A stretch of 64,000 nucleotides of DNA from an uncultured candidatus Porisulfidus sp. (lineage in GTDB: Bacteria > Pseudomonadota > Gammaproteobacteria > Poriferisulfidales > Poriferisulfidaceae), in contig CBDASZ010000002.1 in NCBI GenBank assembly GCA_965199755.1, positions 64,001-128,000 on the forward strand, given 5' to 3'. Numbering within the stretch: the stretch's first letter is position 1; every line of letters begins with the position of its first letter. This document shows, piece by piece, positions 48,934 to 59,104 of the stretch. Below the pieces are notes generated by a model that was not told where the DNA came from, ran no database searches, and was given only the letters and a program-made list of their open reading frames with translations. The translations under genes and the position numbers were made by a program.

Positions 48934-51837
48934 ATGGAAACCGAACTCCCAGGCGCTCAGATTGAGCCTACCGCACCGCCACCGACCCCGGAGTCGGCCG
49001 CCACGACCGCCAACCTGCAAGCCGAGGCACCCGGCAAGTATCGGGTCATTCGGCGCAACCGCCAGCAGACGCCGTTTGATGAGACCAAGATTCAGGTCGC
49101 CATCACCAAAGCCTTCCTTGAAGTGGAAGGCGGCACCGCGGCCGCCTCCAGCCGCATCCACAACATTGTCGAGGATCTGACTCGTCAGACCGTGCACGCC
49201 CTGACCCGAAGCCATCCCGGCGGCGGTATCTTCCACATCGAGGACATTCAGGATCATGTCGAACTGGCCCTGATGCGCGCCGGCCACCACAAGGTCGCGC
49301 GCGAGTACGTCCTGTACCGCGAACGACGCGCGCAAGAACGCCAAGAGGCCAAGCAGGACAGCGGCAGCGAAGAGAGCGCCAGCGGACCGATCACGGTGCT
49401 CACGGCTGACGGCGACAGCAAGCCGCTTGACGTCGCGCGCCTGCGCCGCATTACTGATGCTGCGTGTGACGGCATTGATGATGTCACCGCCACACCGATT
49501 CTGGACGAAACCCTGCGCAACCTGTACGACGGCGTGGCTGAGGCCGATGTCGACAAGCAGCTGGCCATCAGCACCCGCGCGCTGATCGAAACAGAGCCGA
49601 ACTACACCTACGTCGCCGCGCGACTGCTGCTCAACACCTTGCGCCAGGACGCGCTGGGCTTTCTGTACGGACCGACCGCGGCCTTGACTGAGGAAGCGTC
49701 CGACACCCTCTACACCGATTACTTCCCGAACTACATCCGCCGGGGCGTGGAGCTGGAATTGCTAAGCCCGCATCTGGCTCAGGAATTCAATCTTGAACGT
49801 CTGGCCGCCGCTATCGTGCCGGAACGCGATCTGCAATTCACCTATCTGGGTCTGCAAACGCTCTACGACCGCTATTTCATCCATTCAGACAGCACGCGCT
49901 TCGAGCTGCCGCAAGCCTTCTTCATGCGCGTCTCCATGGGGCTGGCCGGACAGGAAGTCGACCACGAAGAGCAAACCATCCGCTTCTACAACCTGCTGTC
50001 GCGCTTTGACTTTATGTCCTCCACGCCGACGCTATTCAATTCCGGCACCCTGCGCCCGCAGCTGTCGTCGTGCTACCTAACCACCGTGCCCGACAACCTC
50101 GACGGCATCTTCAACTCGATCAAGGACGATGCCATGCTGTCGAAATACGCCGGCGGCCTTGGCAACGACTGGAGTCGCGTGCGCGCCATGGGTTCCTACA
50201 TCAAAGGCACCAACGGCAAGTCCCAAGGCATTGTGCCGTTCCTCAAGGTGGCCAACGACACCGCGGTGGCGGTCAATCAGGGCGGCAAGCGCAAAGGCGC
50301 GATGTGCGCCTATCTGGAGACTTGGCATCTCGATATTGAGGAGTTTCTGGAGTTGCGCAAGAACACCGGCGATGACCGACGGCGCACCCATGACATGAAT
50401 ACCGCCAACTGGGTGCCCGACCTGTTCATGGAGCGCGTCGCTGAGGATGGCCAGTGGACCCTGTTCAGCCCGAATGAGACGCCGGACCTGCATGATCTCT
50501 ACGGCACCGCCTTCCGTGAGCGTTACGAAGAATATGAGCGCCGCGCAGACAGCGGACAGATGAAGAACTTCAAGCGTCTGCCTGCAAAAAGCCTGTGGCG
50601 CAAGATGCTCGGCATGCTGTTTGAGACCGGCCACCCGTGGCTCACTTTCAAGGATCCCTGCAACCTGCGCTCGCCGCAGCAGCATACGGGCGTAGTGCAC
50701 TCCTCCAACCTGTGCACTGAAATCACCCTCAACACCTCGGATGACGAGATTGCCGTATGCAATCTCGGCTCCGTTAATCTGGCCGCGCACATTGATGAGA
50801 ACGGCCTGATGATGGACAAACTCGAGGACACCGTGCGCACTGCCATGCGCATGCTCGACAACGTTATCGACTACAACTACTACAGCGTCGCCAAGGCGCG
50901 CCAGTCCAATTTGCGCCACCGCCCGGTCGGGCTCGGCATGATGGGCTTTCAGGATGCCCTGTACAAGTTGGGTGTGCCCTATCAAAGCCAGGAGGCTGTG
51001 GAGTTCGCTGACCAGTCCATGGAAGCGGTCAGTTACTTCGCCATTGACGCCTCGGCCGACCTCGCCCGCGAACGCGGCACGTATCCCTCTTTTACCGAGT
51101 CGCTGTGGGCCCAAGGCATCCTGCCGGTGGACTCCATGACCAAGGTGCGCGAAGCGCGCGGCGAGCAGTGGTATCAGGTCGACACCAGCATGAAACTGGA
51201 CTGGGACCGCTTGCGGGAGAAAGTCAAAGGCGGCATGCGCAACTCCAACACCATGGCGATCGCGCCAACTGCGACGATCTCCAATATCACCGGAGTCACC
51301 CAAAGCATTGAGCCGACGTACCAGAACTTGTTCGTCAAGTCGAACCTGTCGGGCGAATTCACCGTCGTCAATCTGCACTTGGCGCGGAAACTGAAAGAAC
51401 TCGGCCTGTGGGACAACGTCATGGTCAATGACCTCAAGCACTACTCAGGCAGCCTGCTGGACATTGCCCGTGTGCCGGATGAGATCAAGAAACTGTACGC
51501 CACGGCCTTTGAGATGGATGCGCGCTGGCTGGTCGAAGCCGCCTCGCGACGCCAGAAGTGGATTGATCAGGCGCAATCCCTGAACCTGTACATCGCGCAG
51601 CCGTCCGGCAAGGAGCTTGATTCGCTCTACAAACTCGCGTGGGTGCGCGGGCTGAAGACGACCTATTACTTGCGCTCGGTGGCCGCCTCCCACGTGGAGA
51701 AAAGCACCGGCGATCAGCGCAATGTCCTAAACACCGTGTCCGCTCATACGGACCAAAGCAATGGCAACGGTGCCGCACAGGCACAAGCCTGCCCCCTGAA
51801 TCTGAACGGCGAGGATGAGTGCGAAGCCTGCACCTGA
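48934..51837 (+). CDS. nrdA: Ribonucleotide reductase class Ia alpha subunit (two ATP-cone-like regions)
   Basis: [31 protein letters not shown]-terminal CEAC; GGAGG before ATG 48934. Confidence 0.96.
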   Translation: METELPGAQIEPTAPPPTPESAATTANLQAEAPGKYRVIRRNRQQTPFDETKIQVAITKAFLEVEGGTAAASSRIHNIVEDLTRQTVHALTRSHPGGGIFHIEDIQDHVELALMRAGHHKVAREYVLYRERRAQERQEAKQDSGSEESASGPITVLTADGDSKPLDVARLRRITDAACDGIDDVTATPILDETLRNLYDGVAEADVDKQLAISTRALIETEPNYTYVAARLLLNTLRQDALGFLYGPTAALTEEASDTLYTDYFPNYIRRGVELELLSPHLAQEFNLERLAAAIVPERDLQFTYLGLQTLYDRYFIHSDSTRFELPQAFFMRVSMGLAGQEVDHEEQTIRFYNLLSRFDFMSSTPTLFNSGTLRPQLSSCYLTTVPDNLDGIFNSIKDDAMLSKYAGGLGNDWSRVRAMGSYIKGTNGKSQGIVPFLKVANDTAVAVNQGGKRKGAMCAYLETWHLDIEEFLELRKNTGDDRRRTHDMNTANWVPDLFMERVAEDGQWTLFSPNETPDLHDLYGTAFRERYEEYERRADSGQMKNFKRLPAKSLWRKMLGMLFETGHPWLTFKDPCNLRSPQQHTGVVHSSNLCTEITLNTSDDEIAVCNLGSVNLAAHIDENGLMMDKLEDTVRTAMRMLDNVIDYNYYSVAKARQSNLRHRPVGLGMMGFQDALYKLGVPYQSQEAVEFADQSMEAVSYFAIDASADLARERGTYPSFTESLWAQGILPVDSMTKVREARGEQWYQVDTSMKLDWDRLREKVKGGMRNSNTMAIAPTATISNITGVTQSIEPTYQNLFVKSNLSGEFTVVNLHLARKLKELGLWDNVMVNDLKHYSGSLLDIARVPDEIKKLYATAFEMDARWLVEAASRRQKWIDQAQSLNLYIAQPSGKELDSLYKLAWVRGLKTTYYLRSVAASHVEKSTGDQRNVLNTVSAHTDQSNGNGAAQAQACPLNLNGEDECEACT

Positions 51838-51865
51838 GTCGCATCTGGAAACTAAGGAGTCTGTT

Positions 51866-53068
51866 ATGAACACTTCACCCCCTGATCTGTGGAACGATCC
51901 GCTCCAGCCCGCTTTGCAAAACGGCAACGGGGCGGTCCCGAATATCCCTGCAGAGATTGCACCGGAATCGGTGCCTCCCCTGCCTGAAGTCGACACGCAT
52001 GAGGAGGAATCCGCAGGATCCACCGGACTGGAATCTCTGGAAATGGGCGCGGCCCGAATCCAGGTCGATGACAAGCAGATCATTAACTGCCGGGCTGATC
52101 TGAATCAGCTGGTGCCCTTCAAGTACACCTGGGCCTGGGAGAAATATCTGGCCGCCTGCAACAACCACTGGATGCCGCAGGAAGTGAACATGACGGCCGA
52201 CATTGAGCTGTGGAAGAACCCCGAAGGTCTGACCGAGGATGAGCGCATGATCGTCATGCGCAATCTGGGCTTCTTCTCCACTGCGGACTCGCTGGTCGCC
52301 AATAATCTGGTGCTGGCCGTCTACCGGCACATCACCAACCCGGAATGCCGCCAGTACCTGCTGCGACAAGCCTTCGAGGAGGCCATCCATACCCATGCCT
52401 ACCAGTACTGTGTCGAGTCACTGGGACTGGATCAGGGTGAAGTCTTCAACATGTATCGCGAATTGCCATCCGTTGCGCGCAAAGCGGAATGGGCGCTGCC
52501 GTTTACCCAAAGTCTGGGAGATCCCAACTTCCGCACCGGAACGTTTGAAAACAATCAGCGCCTACTACGAGACCTGATCGCGTTCTATGTGGTTTTTGAA
52601 GGGATCTTCTTCTATGTGGGATTCTCCCAGATCTTATCTATGGGACGGCGCAACAAATTGACTGGTGTGGCCGAGCAGTTCCAATACATCCTGCGCGATG
52701 AGTCGATGCACATGAACTTTGGTATCGACGTGATCAATCAGATCAAACTGGAAAACCCCGACCTGTGGACCGGAGAGTTTCAGCAGAAGATGACTGACCT
52801 GATTCTGGAAGGCGTCGACATGGAAGTCGCTTATGCCTACGACACAATGCCGCGCGGCATCCTCGGCATGAACGCCAGCCTGTTTGAGGAATACGTCCAC
52901 TTCATCGCCAACCGGCGACTGAACCAGATCGGACTCGAAGCCCAATTTGCCGGTGCGCAGAATCCGTTCCAATGGATGTCAGAGACTCTGGATCTGCAGA
53001 AAGAGAAGAACTTCTTTGAGACCCGTGTGACCGAGTACCAAACGGGTGGTGCACTGTCCTGGGATTAA
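51866..53068 (+). CDS. nrdB: Ribonucleotide reductase class Ia beta subunit
   Basis: [14 protein letters not shown] (radical Tyr present), EGIFFY, RDESMH, NFFE; AAGGAG before ATG 51866. Confidence 0.96.
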   Translation: MNTSPPDLWNDPLQPALQNGNGAVPNIPAEIAPESVPPLPEVDTHEEESAGSTGLESLEMGAARIQVDDKQIINCRADLNQLVPFKYTWAWEKYLAACNNHWMPQEVNMTADIELWKNPEGLTEDERMIVMRNLGFFSTADSLVANNLVLAVYRHITNPECRQYLLRQAFEEAIHTHAYQYCVESLGLDQGEVFNMYRELPSVARKAEWALPFTQSLGDPNFRTGTFENNQRLLRDLIAFYVVFEGIFFYVGFSQILSMGRRNKLTGVAEQFQYILRDESMHMNFGIDVINQIKLENPDLWTGEFQQKMTDLILEGVDMEVAYAYDTMPRGILGMNASLFEEYVHFIANRRLNQIGLEAQFAGAQNPFQWMSETLDLQKEKNFFETRVTEYQTGGALSWD

Positions 53069-53101
53069 GTGCCAAAACAATAAAAATTGGAAAGGGATTG
53101 T

Positions 53102-53130
53102 TCAGGCGGCTTCGGTCGCCTGATCTTTTG
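53102..53130 (+). terminator. Hairpin terminator between nrdB and the convergent VWA gene
   Basis: TCAGGCGGC-TTCG-GTCGCCTGA followed by TCTTTT. Confidence 0.75.
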
Positions 53131-53139
53131 TGCCTGATG

Positions 53140-55239
53140 CTACGTCGTCAGCCTCCGATAAATATCTGATACCTGATACGGCAGCCGCCGTATATCACTG
53201 ACCACAGTGTAGTTGCCCAAACCATACATGTGCGGCAGATACTCCTGCCCTTCCTCATCAATCGTAATGCAGAATGAGTGAATGCCGCTTCGGCGCGCCT
53301 CCAGCAGTGCCTGGCGCGTATCTTCAATCCCGTACTCGCCACGATAGTCCGTATAGTCTTCAGGCCGCCCGTCGGACAATGTGATCAGCAACTTGCTGCG
53401 CGCATCCACCTGATTGAGTTGTTCGGACAAGTGCCGAATCGCCGCACCCATGCGCGTGTAATCCTGCGGCAGAATGCCACTGATTCGTGCAGCCACTGTA
53501 TCATCATACGCTTCATCAAAACGTTTGATGCTGAATACTTCACAGCGCTTGCGCGTGATGCCGGAAAAGCCATAAATTGCGTATTGATCCTGCAGGCGCT
53601 GCAGCGCCTCGCATAGCAGAATCAGCGCTTCACGCTCCACTTCATTGACCCAGCCTTTGGTGGAGCCGCTCATATCCACCATAAACATCACCGCGATGCT
53701 GCGCTCATTGCGTGCCTGGCGCGTGAATACCCGCTGCGTCATCTCACGTCCGGTCCGCGCATCAGACAGCGCCTGCACCAATGCGTCCAGGTCCACATCT
53801 TCACCATCAGGCTCACGCCGCAGCAGTGCCGGTGAGGCGCGGATAATCTCGAAAGTACGCAGCAAGGAATGGGCGAGACCGTGATACTTCTTCAGCGTCC
53901 TTTGCGGGAAGGCGTCATACTGCGCGTGCACCGGGCGTTCGCGCAACACGCACCAGTCCTTGCGATAACTGCCGCGGACATGATCCCACTCCCGATAGTG
54001 CCATGCCCCTTCCTCATGGTAGGTGCCCTTCCAGACATCCTCGGCGCTGGTTTCCGGCTGGGCCTGCGCGTCATATTCACCCGGCCCCGCAGGAGACAGA
54101 TATTCCTCCGGGATTTCTCCCAAATCCTGATGAATCGAGGTCATCAGACGCACCATCGAATCCGGCGGCTCAATCGGTCGATCATCCAGCAGCAATTCCA
54201 CAGATCCTAAATCTTGTGCATCACTCTCTCGCTCCAGTAGCCGGAACTGCCCCGGGCCTTGCTCCACAACTTCTTCCTCTTGCTCCCGCATCACCGCCAG
54301 AGCCTCGCGAAATTCCTGACGCTCCCTGTCAATGCGCGCCTCGCGAACTTCCTGCGCCTGTTGCGGACGCAACACACCCTGATAACATCGCGGCTGCGGC
54401 TCTTCCTGCGCATACATCTGTTCAAGCCAATTCCAACTGTCTGAGGCTCCTGCGCCCTCCACGCTCAGCGCCTCTTGCGCCTCCTGCCATATCCCGGATA
54501 ACGACACTTCTTTCAGGCTTTCGCTCAAGACCCCCTGAAGCCGCGCGATACCTGGCAGTTCGCGCGCCAGAACCGCATCCAGACGACAAGTCTCAAGCCG
54601 GTGAAACAGCCGGGTCGCACGCTCCTGATCCTCGAACGCCTCCCACGTATGACGTTCTACTTCCTGCCAAGTGCCGTAGCGGCATTGCGCCCACAGATGC
54701 GCCGCCATCACTTTGTACAGAGAAAAGTTCTCCTCCGGTGTCGGAAACACTTCCAGCAACTCCGGCAGGTACACCACAGCAGTGTCGGTATACCCCTGAT
54801 CAGCCACCTCCACACTCAGGATCCGCCCGCTCAGGCCATGCACGAACCCTTCCAGAACCCGCCGCACTTCCGCAAGTTCCAGAGCGCTCACGCGGCGACG
54901 ATGCTGCGCCACAAATTCCTCCAGCGCCTGCACCCGCGCGACTCCAGCCGTCAGCCCCTGACGGTCAAATTCGTCTATGGCCTCAAGGATCCAGCTCTCC
55001 ACCGCGTCTGTATCCAGTTGCTGCAACGCCTCCGCCGCCAGATTGGCGACCTGATAGCCCATTTCCGCATTGGTCTTGGCAATCGCGGCCACCCAATGCA
55101 GCACAAATTCCTGCTCCGTACGGCTGCGCCCGGCCAAATGTTCCGCAGGCGCACGCGCCGTGCGCCGCGATGACAGCACCGCATCGATCTGCTCTTCAAG
55201 CCGTTCTTCCAACTCCTCGGCGGTATAAGGGGACGACAT
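53140..55239 (-). CDS. CbbO/NorD-family VWA (MIDAS) adaptor protein
   Basis: YTD, YREWD...YRKDWC, DGEDVDLDA, DMSGST MIDAS, YTRMGAAIRH, LSDG.P.D..Y.G.YGIEDTR. Confidence 0.85.
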   Translation of the reverse strand: MSSPYTAEELEERLEEQIDAVLSSRRTARAPAEHLAGRSRTEQEFVLHWVAAIAKTNAEMGYQVANLAAEALQQLDTDAVESWILEAIDEFDRQGLTAGVARVQALEEFVAQHRRRVSALELAEVRRVLEGFVHGLSGRILSVEVADQGYTDTAVVYLPELLEVFPTPEENFSLYKVMAAHLWAQCRYGTWQEVERHTWEAFEDQERATRLFHRLETCRLDAVLARELPGIARLQGVLSESLKEVSLSGIWQEAQEALSVEGAGASDSWNWLEQMYAQEEPQPRCYQGVLRPQQAQEVREARIDRERQEFREALAVMREQEEEVVEQGPGQFRLLERESDAQDLGSVELLLDDRPIEPPDSMVRLMTSIHQDLGEIPEEYLSPAGPGEYDAQAQPETSAEDVWKGTYHEEGAWHYREWDHVRGSYRKDWCVLRERPVHAQYDAFPQRTLKKYHGLAHSLLRTFEIIRASPALLRREPDGEDVDLDALVQALSDARTGREMTQRVFTRQARNERSIAVMFMVDMSGSTKGWVNEVEREALILLCEALQRLQDQYAIYGFSGITRKRCEVFSIKRFDEAYDDTVAARISGILPQDYTRMGAAIRHLSEQLNQVDARSKLLITLSDGRPEDYTDYRGEYGIEDTRQALLEARRSGIHSFCITIDEEGQEYLPHMYGLGNYTVVSDIRRLPYQVSDIYRRLTT

Positions 55240-55290
55240 AGACAAGTACAATTCCGATGTGATTATCCAGTATAGAAGGTACTCGACTGA

Positions 55291-55911
55291 ATGACCCTCA
55301 CCCCTGAAGAATTGCGACTCAATCGCCAGACGCGGGAGTTACGGGTGCGCTTTGGCGACGGTAAGGAGTTTGCCCTGCCGTGCGAGTACCTGCGTATATT
55401 TTCACCTTCCGCAGAAGTCAAGACTGCGCGAGCGCGCGGGGACCTCGTCACCGACAAGCAGGGAGTCAACATTGAGCGCATTGAGCCTTATGGCACGTAT
55501 GCCGTGCGCTTGTATTTCGATGACGGGCATGACACGGGCATTTATTCCTGGGAGACGCTGTACGAATTAGGTGAGCACTATCAGCGCAACTGGCAGGAAT
55601 ACCTGATGGAGCTGGAGCGCAAGACCATGTCGACGGATGCGCATGGGGAGCGCCATATCACGGTACTGCTGTTCGCGACGCTGGCGGAGCAGTTGGACAC
55701 GGAGCGAATAGATGTGGTTCTGCCGGGCGATGTCGCGAGTGTCGCGGAGTTGCTGTTCTGGCTTCGCAAGCGCAGCGACGCATGGCATGAAGCAATCAAC
55801 CCCAGCCGCATCACAGTCACTGTCAATCGCCAGTTCGCCGATACCACCATACGCCTGCGCCATGGCGATGAAGTCTCGCTCACACCCATCTACAAAAAGA
55901 AGGAAGCCTAG
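55291..55911 (+). CDS. DUF971 (GBBH-N-like) domain fused to a MoaD/ThiS-like beta-grasp domain
   Basis: EYLR..SPSAEV, G.YAV.L.FDDGHDTGIYSW; C-terminal ITVLLFATLAE...VNRQFA...L..GDEV. Confidence 0.8.
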   Translation: MTLTPEELRLNRQTRELRVRFGDGKEFALPCEYLRIFSPSAEVKTARARGDLVTDKQGVNIERIEPYGTYAVRLYFDDGHDTGIYSWETLYELGEHYQRNWQEYLMELERKTMSTDAHGERHITVLLFATLAEQLDTERIDVVLPGDVASVAELLFWLRKRSDAWHEAINPSRITVTVNRQFADTTIRLRHGDEVSLTPIYKKKEA

Positions 55912-57215
55912 ACCGGCATTCCACCGAGTTCCACCAGCATCAGACCCGTCAGCGCACACACCACCATCACCGGCACCACCGGTACTTTCCCGCCAGACAA
56001 CGCAAGCAGCGCCAGACCGGTGAGCAACGCCATATTCCAGTCCGGGGCCGCTTCCCAGCCGCTGGTCCAGATCACGTGACCGGCGAATAACACACCCAGA
56101 TTCAGCATCACGCCGACCACTGCCGCAGTAATGGCTGTCAGTGGTGCGGTGAAGGCCGCGCGATGGCGGGTGCGCTCGATGTATGGCGCACCAATAAAGA
56201 TAAACAGAAAGGATGGCAAAAATGTGTACCAGGTCGCCACCAGCGCCGCCGCAATCGCACTGCCAACATACTGGTTGGCTCCCCACCAAGCACCATCCCA
56301 ACCGCCGACAAAGCCCACAAAGGAATTCACCATGACCAGTGGTCCGGGAATCAGTTCGCGTAGCGCCAGACCGTCGAGCATTTGCGCAGCGGTGATCCAC
56401 TGAAACTGCTCCACCGCGCTTTGATATACATACGGCAGCACCGCGTAAGCGCCGCCGAAAGACAGCAATGCCGCCTTGGTGAAGAATACGGCCATCTCCG
56501 CCAGAGTACCACTGGTATCAGTCACGTAAACCAGCGCATAGACCAAGCCCCACAAACCCAGACCTGCGAGCGCGAGTCTAATCACTTGCGCGCGGAGCAA
56601 CACCACTGTCTGCTCGCTGCCCTCCTCGCCAGACTCTGCTGATGAGGGTGTCTCAATCCAGCCCGGTGCCATGCGGTACAGCACATAGCCAATCACGCCC
56701 GCCCCCAGAATGATCAGTGGAAAAGGCAACTGCAGCACGAACAGACCAGTGAAAGCGGCCAACATGATGCCCCACAGCACCACCGAGCGCAGCACGCGGG
56801 AGCCGATTCTCCATATCGCGTAGAGGATCACCGCCGTAACCGCCGGCTTGACGCCGTACATCAGGGCCGCGACCCAGTGAATCTCCCCAAACGCAAGATA
56901 CAGCCACGCCAATGCGATGAGCATCAACAGCGACGGGGCCACAAACAAAATACCGGCAATCAGCCCGCCCAGACGGCCATGCAGCAACCAACCGATGTAG
57001 GTGGCCAGCTGCTGGGCTTCCGGTCCCGGCAACAGCATGGTGTAGTTGAGCGCGTGCAGGAATCGTTTCTCTTCAATCCAGCGCAATCGCTCCACCAGTT
57101 CCAGGTGCATGATGCCGATCGCACCACCCGGCCCGCCGAAACTGATCAAACCCAGACGCAGCCAATAGCGCATCGCTGCACGAAGGCTCAAGGGGGCGGG
57201 TGAGGGGGTATTCAT
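55908..57215 (-). CDS. chrA: Long-chain chromate/oxyanion transporter (CHR family)
   Basis: GLISFGG, LPGPEA, FGGAYA, PGP, TFLPSF, ITAAVVG. Confidence 0.9.
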   Translation of the reverse strand: MNTPSPAPLSLRAAMRYWLRLGLISFGGPGGAIGIMHLELVERLRWIEEKRFLHALNYTMLLPGPEAQQLATYIGWLLHGRLGGLIAGILFVAPSLLMLIALAWLYLAFGEIHWVAALMYGVKPAVTAVILYAIWRIGSRVLRSVVLWGIMLAAFTGLFVLQLPFPLIILGAGVIGYVLYRMAPGWIETPSSAESGEEGSEQTVVLLRAQVIRLALAGLGLWGLVYALVYVTDTSGTLAEMAVFFTKAALLSFGGAYAVLPYVYQSAVEQFQWITAAQMLDGLALRELIPGPLVMVNSFVGFVGGWDGAWWGANQYVGSAIAAALVATWYTFLPSFLFIFIGAPYIERTRHRAAFTAPLTAITAAVVGVMLNLGVLFAGHVIWTSGWEAAPDWNMALLTGLALLALSGGKVPVVPVMVVCALTGLMLVELGGMPV

Positions 57216-57254
57216 CGGTTACAATTTCAGATATCAACAATACAGGAGGTTTTT

Positions 57255-57575
57255 ATGTCAGATAACATCACTTCACGCTCCGGCGCTGTCGTCGGTCAAT
57301 GGGACGGAAAAGACGTGGCGGATCTGCAAAAAGAACTGGCGCGCATCAAGCAGGAAGTTCCTGGCGATCGCGTGCAGCCGGAAGGCGTGCCGCATCAGTA
57401 CCAGTTCCCGGATGACCTGAAGGGCTTTACGGCCTATATTCTGTGGGGCTGCGATCCTCAGGGCGTCTGTCTGGTCGGCTCGGGTGCCAATCGCACCGAG
57501 ACGGTGGAATCGATTCGCGAGTTTTACGCCAATCAGGTCGCCAAGGACGCGATGGCGCGTCACGAAGATTCGTAG
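57255..57575 (+). CDS. Small hypothetical protein (106 aa)
   Basis: Strong SD AGGAGGT, host-like codon usage, globular composition (WGCD..G.CLVG). Confidence 0.8.
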   Translation: MSDNITSRSGAVVGQWDGKDVADLQKELARIKQEVPGDRVQPEGVPHQYQFPDDLKGFTAYILWGCDPQGVCLVGSGANRTETVESIREFYANQVAKDAMARHEDS

Positions 57576-57595
57576 ACACTGCCGCGACACGCGGC

Positions 57596-57979
57596 CTAGT
57601 TGAGTTGGTCGGAAGGGTTGGCGAGCCATCCCGGAATAGTGAACTCTTGCTCGACTTCAACTTCGAGCGTCTCACTCAACGGCAGTTCACCCTCCTCAAT
57701 CAGCGGCAGTAACTGCTCGCCGACCTGCAACACAATCAGCAAGCCCTGCTGATTCGGATCACTTGCTTCCAGACTGGCGCTCGCATCCTGCAGTTTCTTC
57801 AGATAGGAGGCGAACTCCTTGACCTGCTCTGCCAGTTCCAGTTTCTGGAACTCTTCTGTGAATGAAAACTGCAGGCTAAAGCCGGAAGACTCCTCAGAAG
57901 TCTCCGTACTGATTCGCAGGGGGCCTTCTATAATCACTTTCACACCATGCGGTAGTATTGTACCGACTGCCCGGCGCAT
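57596..57979 (-). CDS. Small acidic hypothetical protein (start uncertain)
   Basis: Fills the gap before cca; helical acidic sequence (F.F.EEF...NQQGLLIVLQ..EQLLP.I). Confidence 0.7.
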   Translation of the reverse strand: MRRAVGTILPHGVKVIIEGPLRISTETSEESSGFSLQFSFTEEFQKLELAEQVKEFASYLKKLQDASASLEASDPNQQGLLIVLQVGEQLLPLIEEGELPLSETLEVEVEQEFTIPGWLANPSDQLN

Positions 57980-58012
57980 ACTTATGCACTTTCTGGATCA
58001 CTCCCAACTCTC

Positions 58013-59104
58013 ATGGACACCTATCTGGTAGGCGGCGCAGTTCGAGACCGTCTGCTGGGGCTGCCGGTGCGCGAGCGCGACTGGGTCGTGGTCGGCGCAA
58101 CACCACAAGAACTGCAAGATCAGGGCTACCGCCCGGTCGGGCGCGAGTTTCCGGTTTTTCTGCACCCGGAGACCCACGAGGAATATGCCTTGGCGCGCAC
58201 CGAGCGCAAGACCGCGCCCGGTCATCAGGGCTTTCAGTTCAACACCAATCCCACAGTCACTCTGGAGCAAGACCTGCTGCGTCGCGATCTGACCATCAAT
58301 GCGATCGCGCAGGGTGATGACGGTACCCTGATTGATCCGTACGGCGGCCAGCGTGACCTCGAAGCGCGGCTGTTGCGACATGTCTCATCAGCCTTCGGCG
58401 AGGATCCATTGCGCGTGTTGCGCGTCGCACGTTTCGCCGCGCGTCTGCACTCCTGGGGCTTTCAAATCGCTCCTGATACACAAGATCTGATGCGTGATAT
58501 GGTGCATCGGCGAGAGTTGGACGCACTTAGCGCCGAGCGCGTGTTTGCAGAATTGCGCCGCGCACTGATGGAGCCGAACCCTGAGCGCTTTGTCAGCACC
58601 CTGCGAGACTGTAATGCCTGGTCTGTGGTCTTTGCACTACTTCCTGATTCTCAGGCGGTTGAAGTCATCCTGCGCCGGGCGGCCGATGCCGGACTGTCGG
58701 AAGTCGCGCGCTTTGCCTGTATAGCCTGGTACAGCGACGATGTCGCTGCCTTGTGCGCCTCTTTGCGTGTTCCTCGTGCCTGGACACAGTTGAGTACGTT
58801 ACTTGCGGATCAATATGACACTTGGGCCGCACTGGACGCCGGTGATGCCACCGCCATGCTGCACCTGATTGAGTCCGCCGACGGCCTTCGCAAACCGGAA
58901 CGATTCGATGAGTTCCGCGCCGCCGCGCGTGTCCTCGCCGACAATGCGCCTGTGGCAGATACCACTTTGGCGCGCATTCATGCCGCCGTGCTCAACTGCG
59001 ATGTGCGCCCGGCAACCGAACAACAGGATGGGCGCTCGGTGCAAGAGCGCGTGTTTGAGGCGCGGCTCAATGCCGCGCAGGATGCCTTAGGCAAACACGA
59101 CTAG
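58013..59104 (+). CDS. cca: tRNA nucleotidyltransferase (class II, short form)
   Basis: YLVGGAVRD, DWVV, LARTERK, DLLRRDLTINA, EDPLRVLR. Confidence 0.94.
   Translation: MDTYLVGGAVRDRLLGLPVRERDWVVVGATPQELQDQGYRPVGREFPVFLHPETHEEYALARTERKTAPGHQGFQFNTNPTVTLEQDLLRRDLTINAIAQGDDGTLIDPYGGQRDLEARLLRHVSSAFGEDPLRVLRVARFAARLHSWGFQIAPDTQDLMRDMVHRRELDALSAERVFAELRRALMEPNPERFVSTLRDCNAWSVVFALLPDSQAVEVILRRAADAGLSEVARFACIAWYSDDVAALCASLRVPRAWTQLSTLLADQYDTWAALDAGDATAMLHLIESADGLRKPERFDEFRAAARVLADNAPVADTTLARIHAAVLNCDVRPATEQQDGRSVQERVFEARLNAAQDALGKHD

Noticed and set aside
49040-49630. Two ATP-cone-like regions in NrdA
   Set aside because: Already described for Pseudomonas-type NrdA
50077-51441. 454-aa ORF antisense to nrdA
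   Set aside because: Same antisense shadow effect; no independent coding signal
51866-53068. Possible class Ic (Mn/Fe, radical-less) NrdB
   Set aside because: The Asp first ligand and the radical Tyr are both present, so ordinary class Ia
54003-55241. 412-aa Pro/Ala-rich ORF opposite the VWA gene
   Set aside because: Low-complexity off-frame product of GC-rich DNA; the minus-strand gene has clear family motifs
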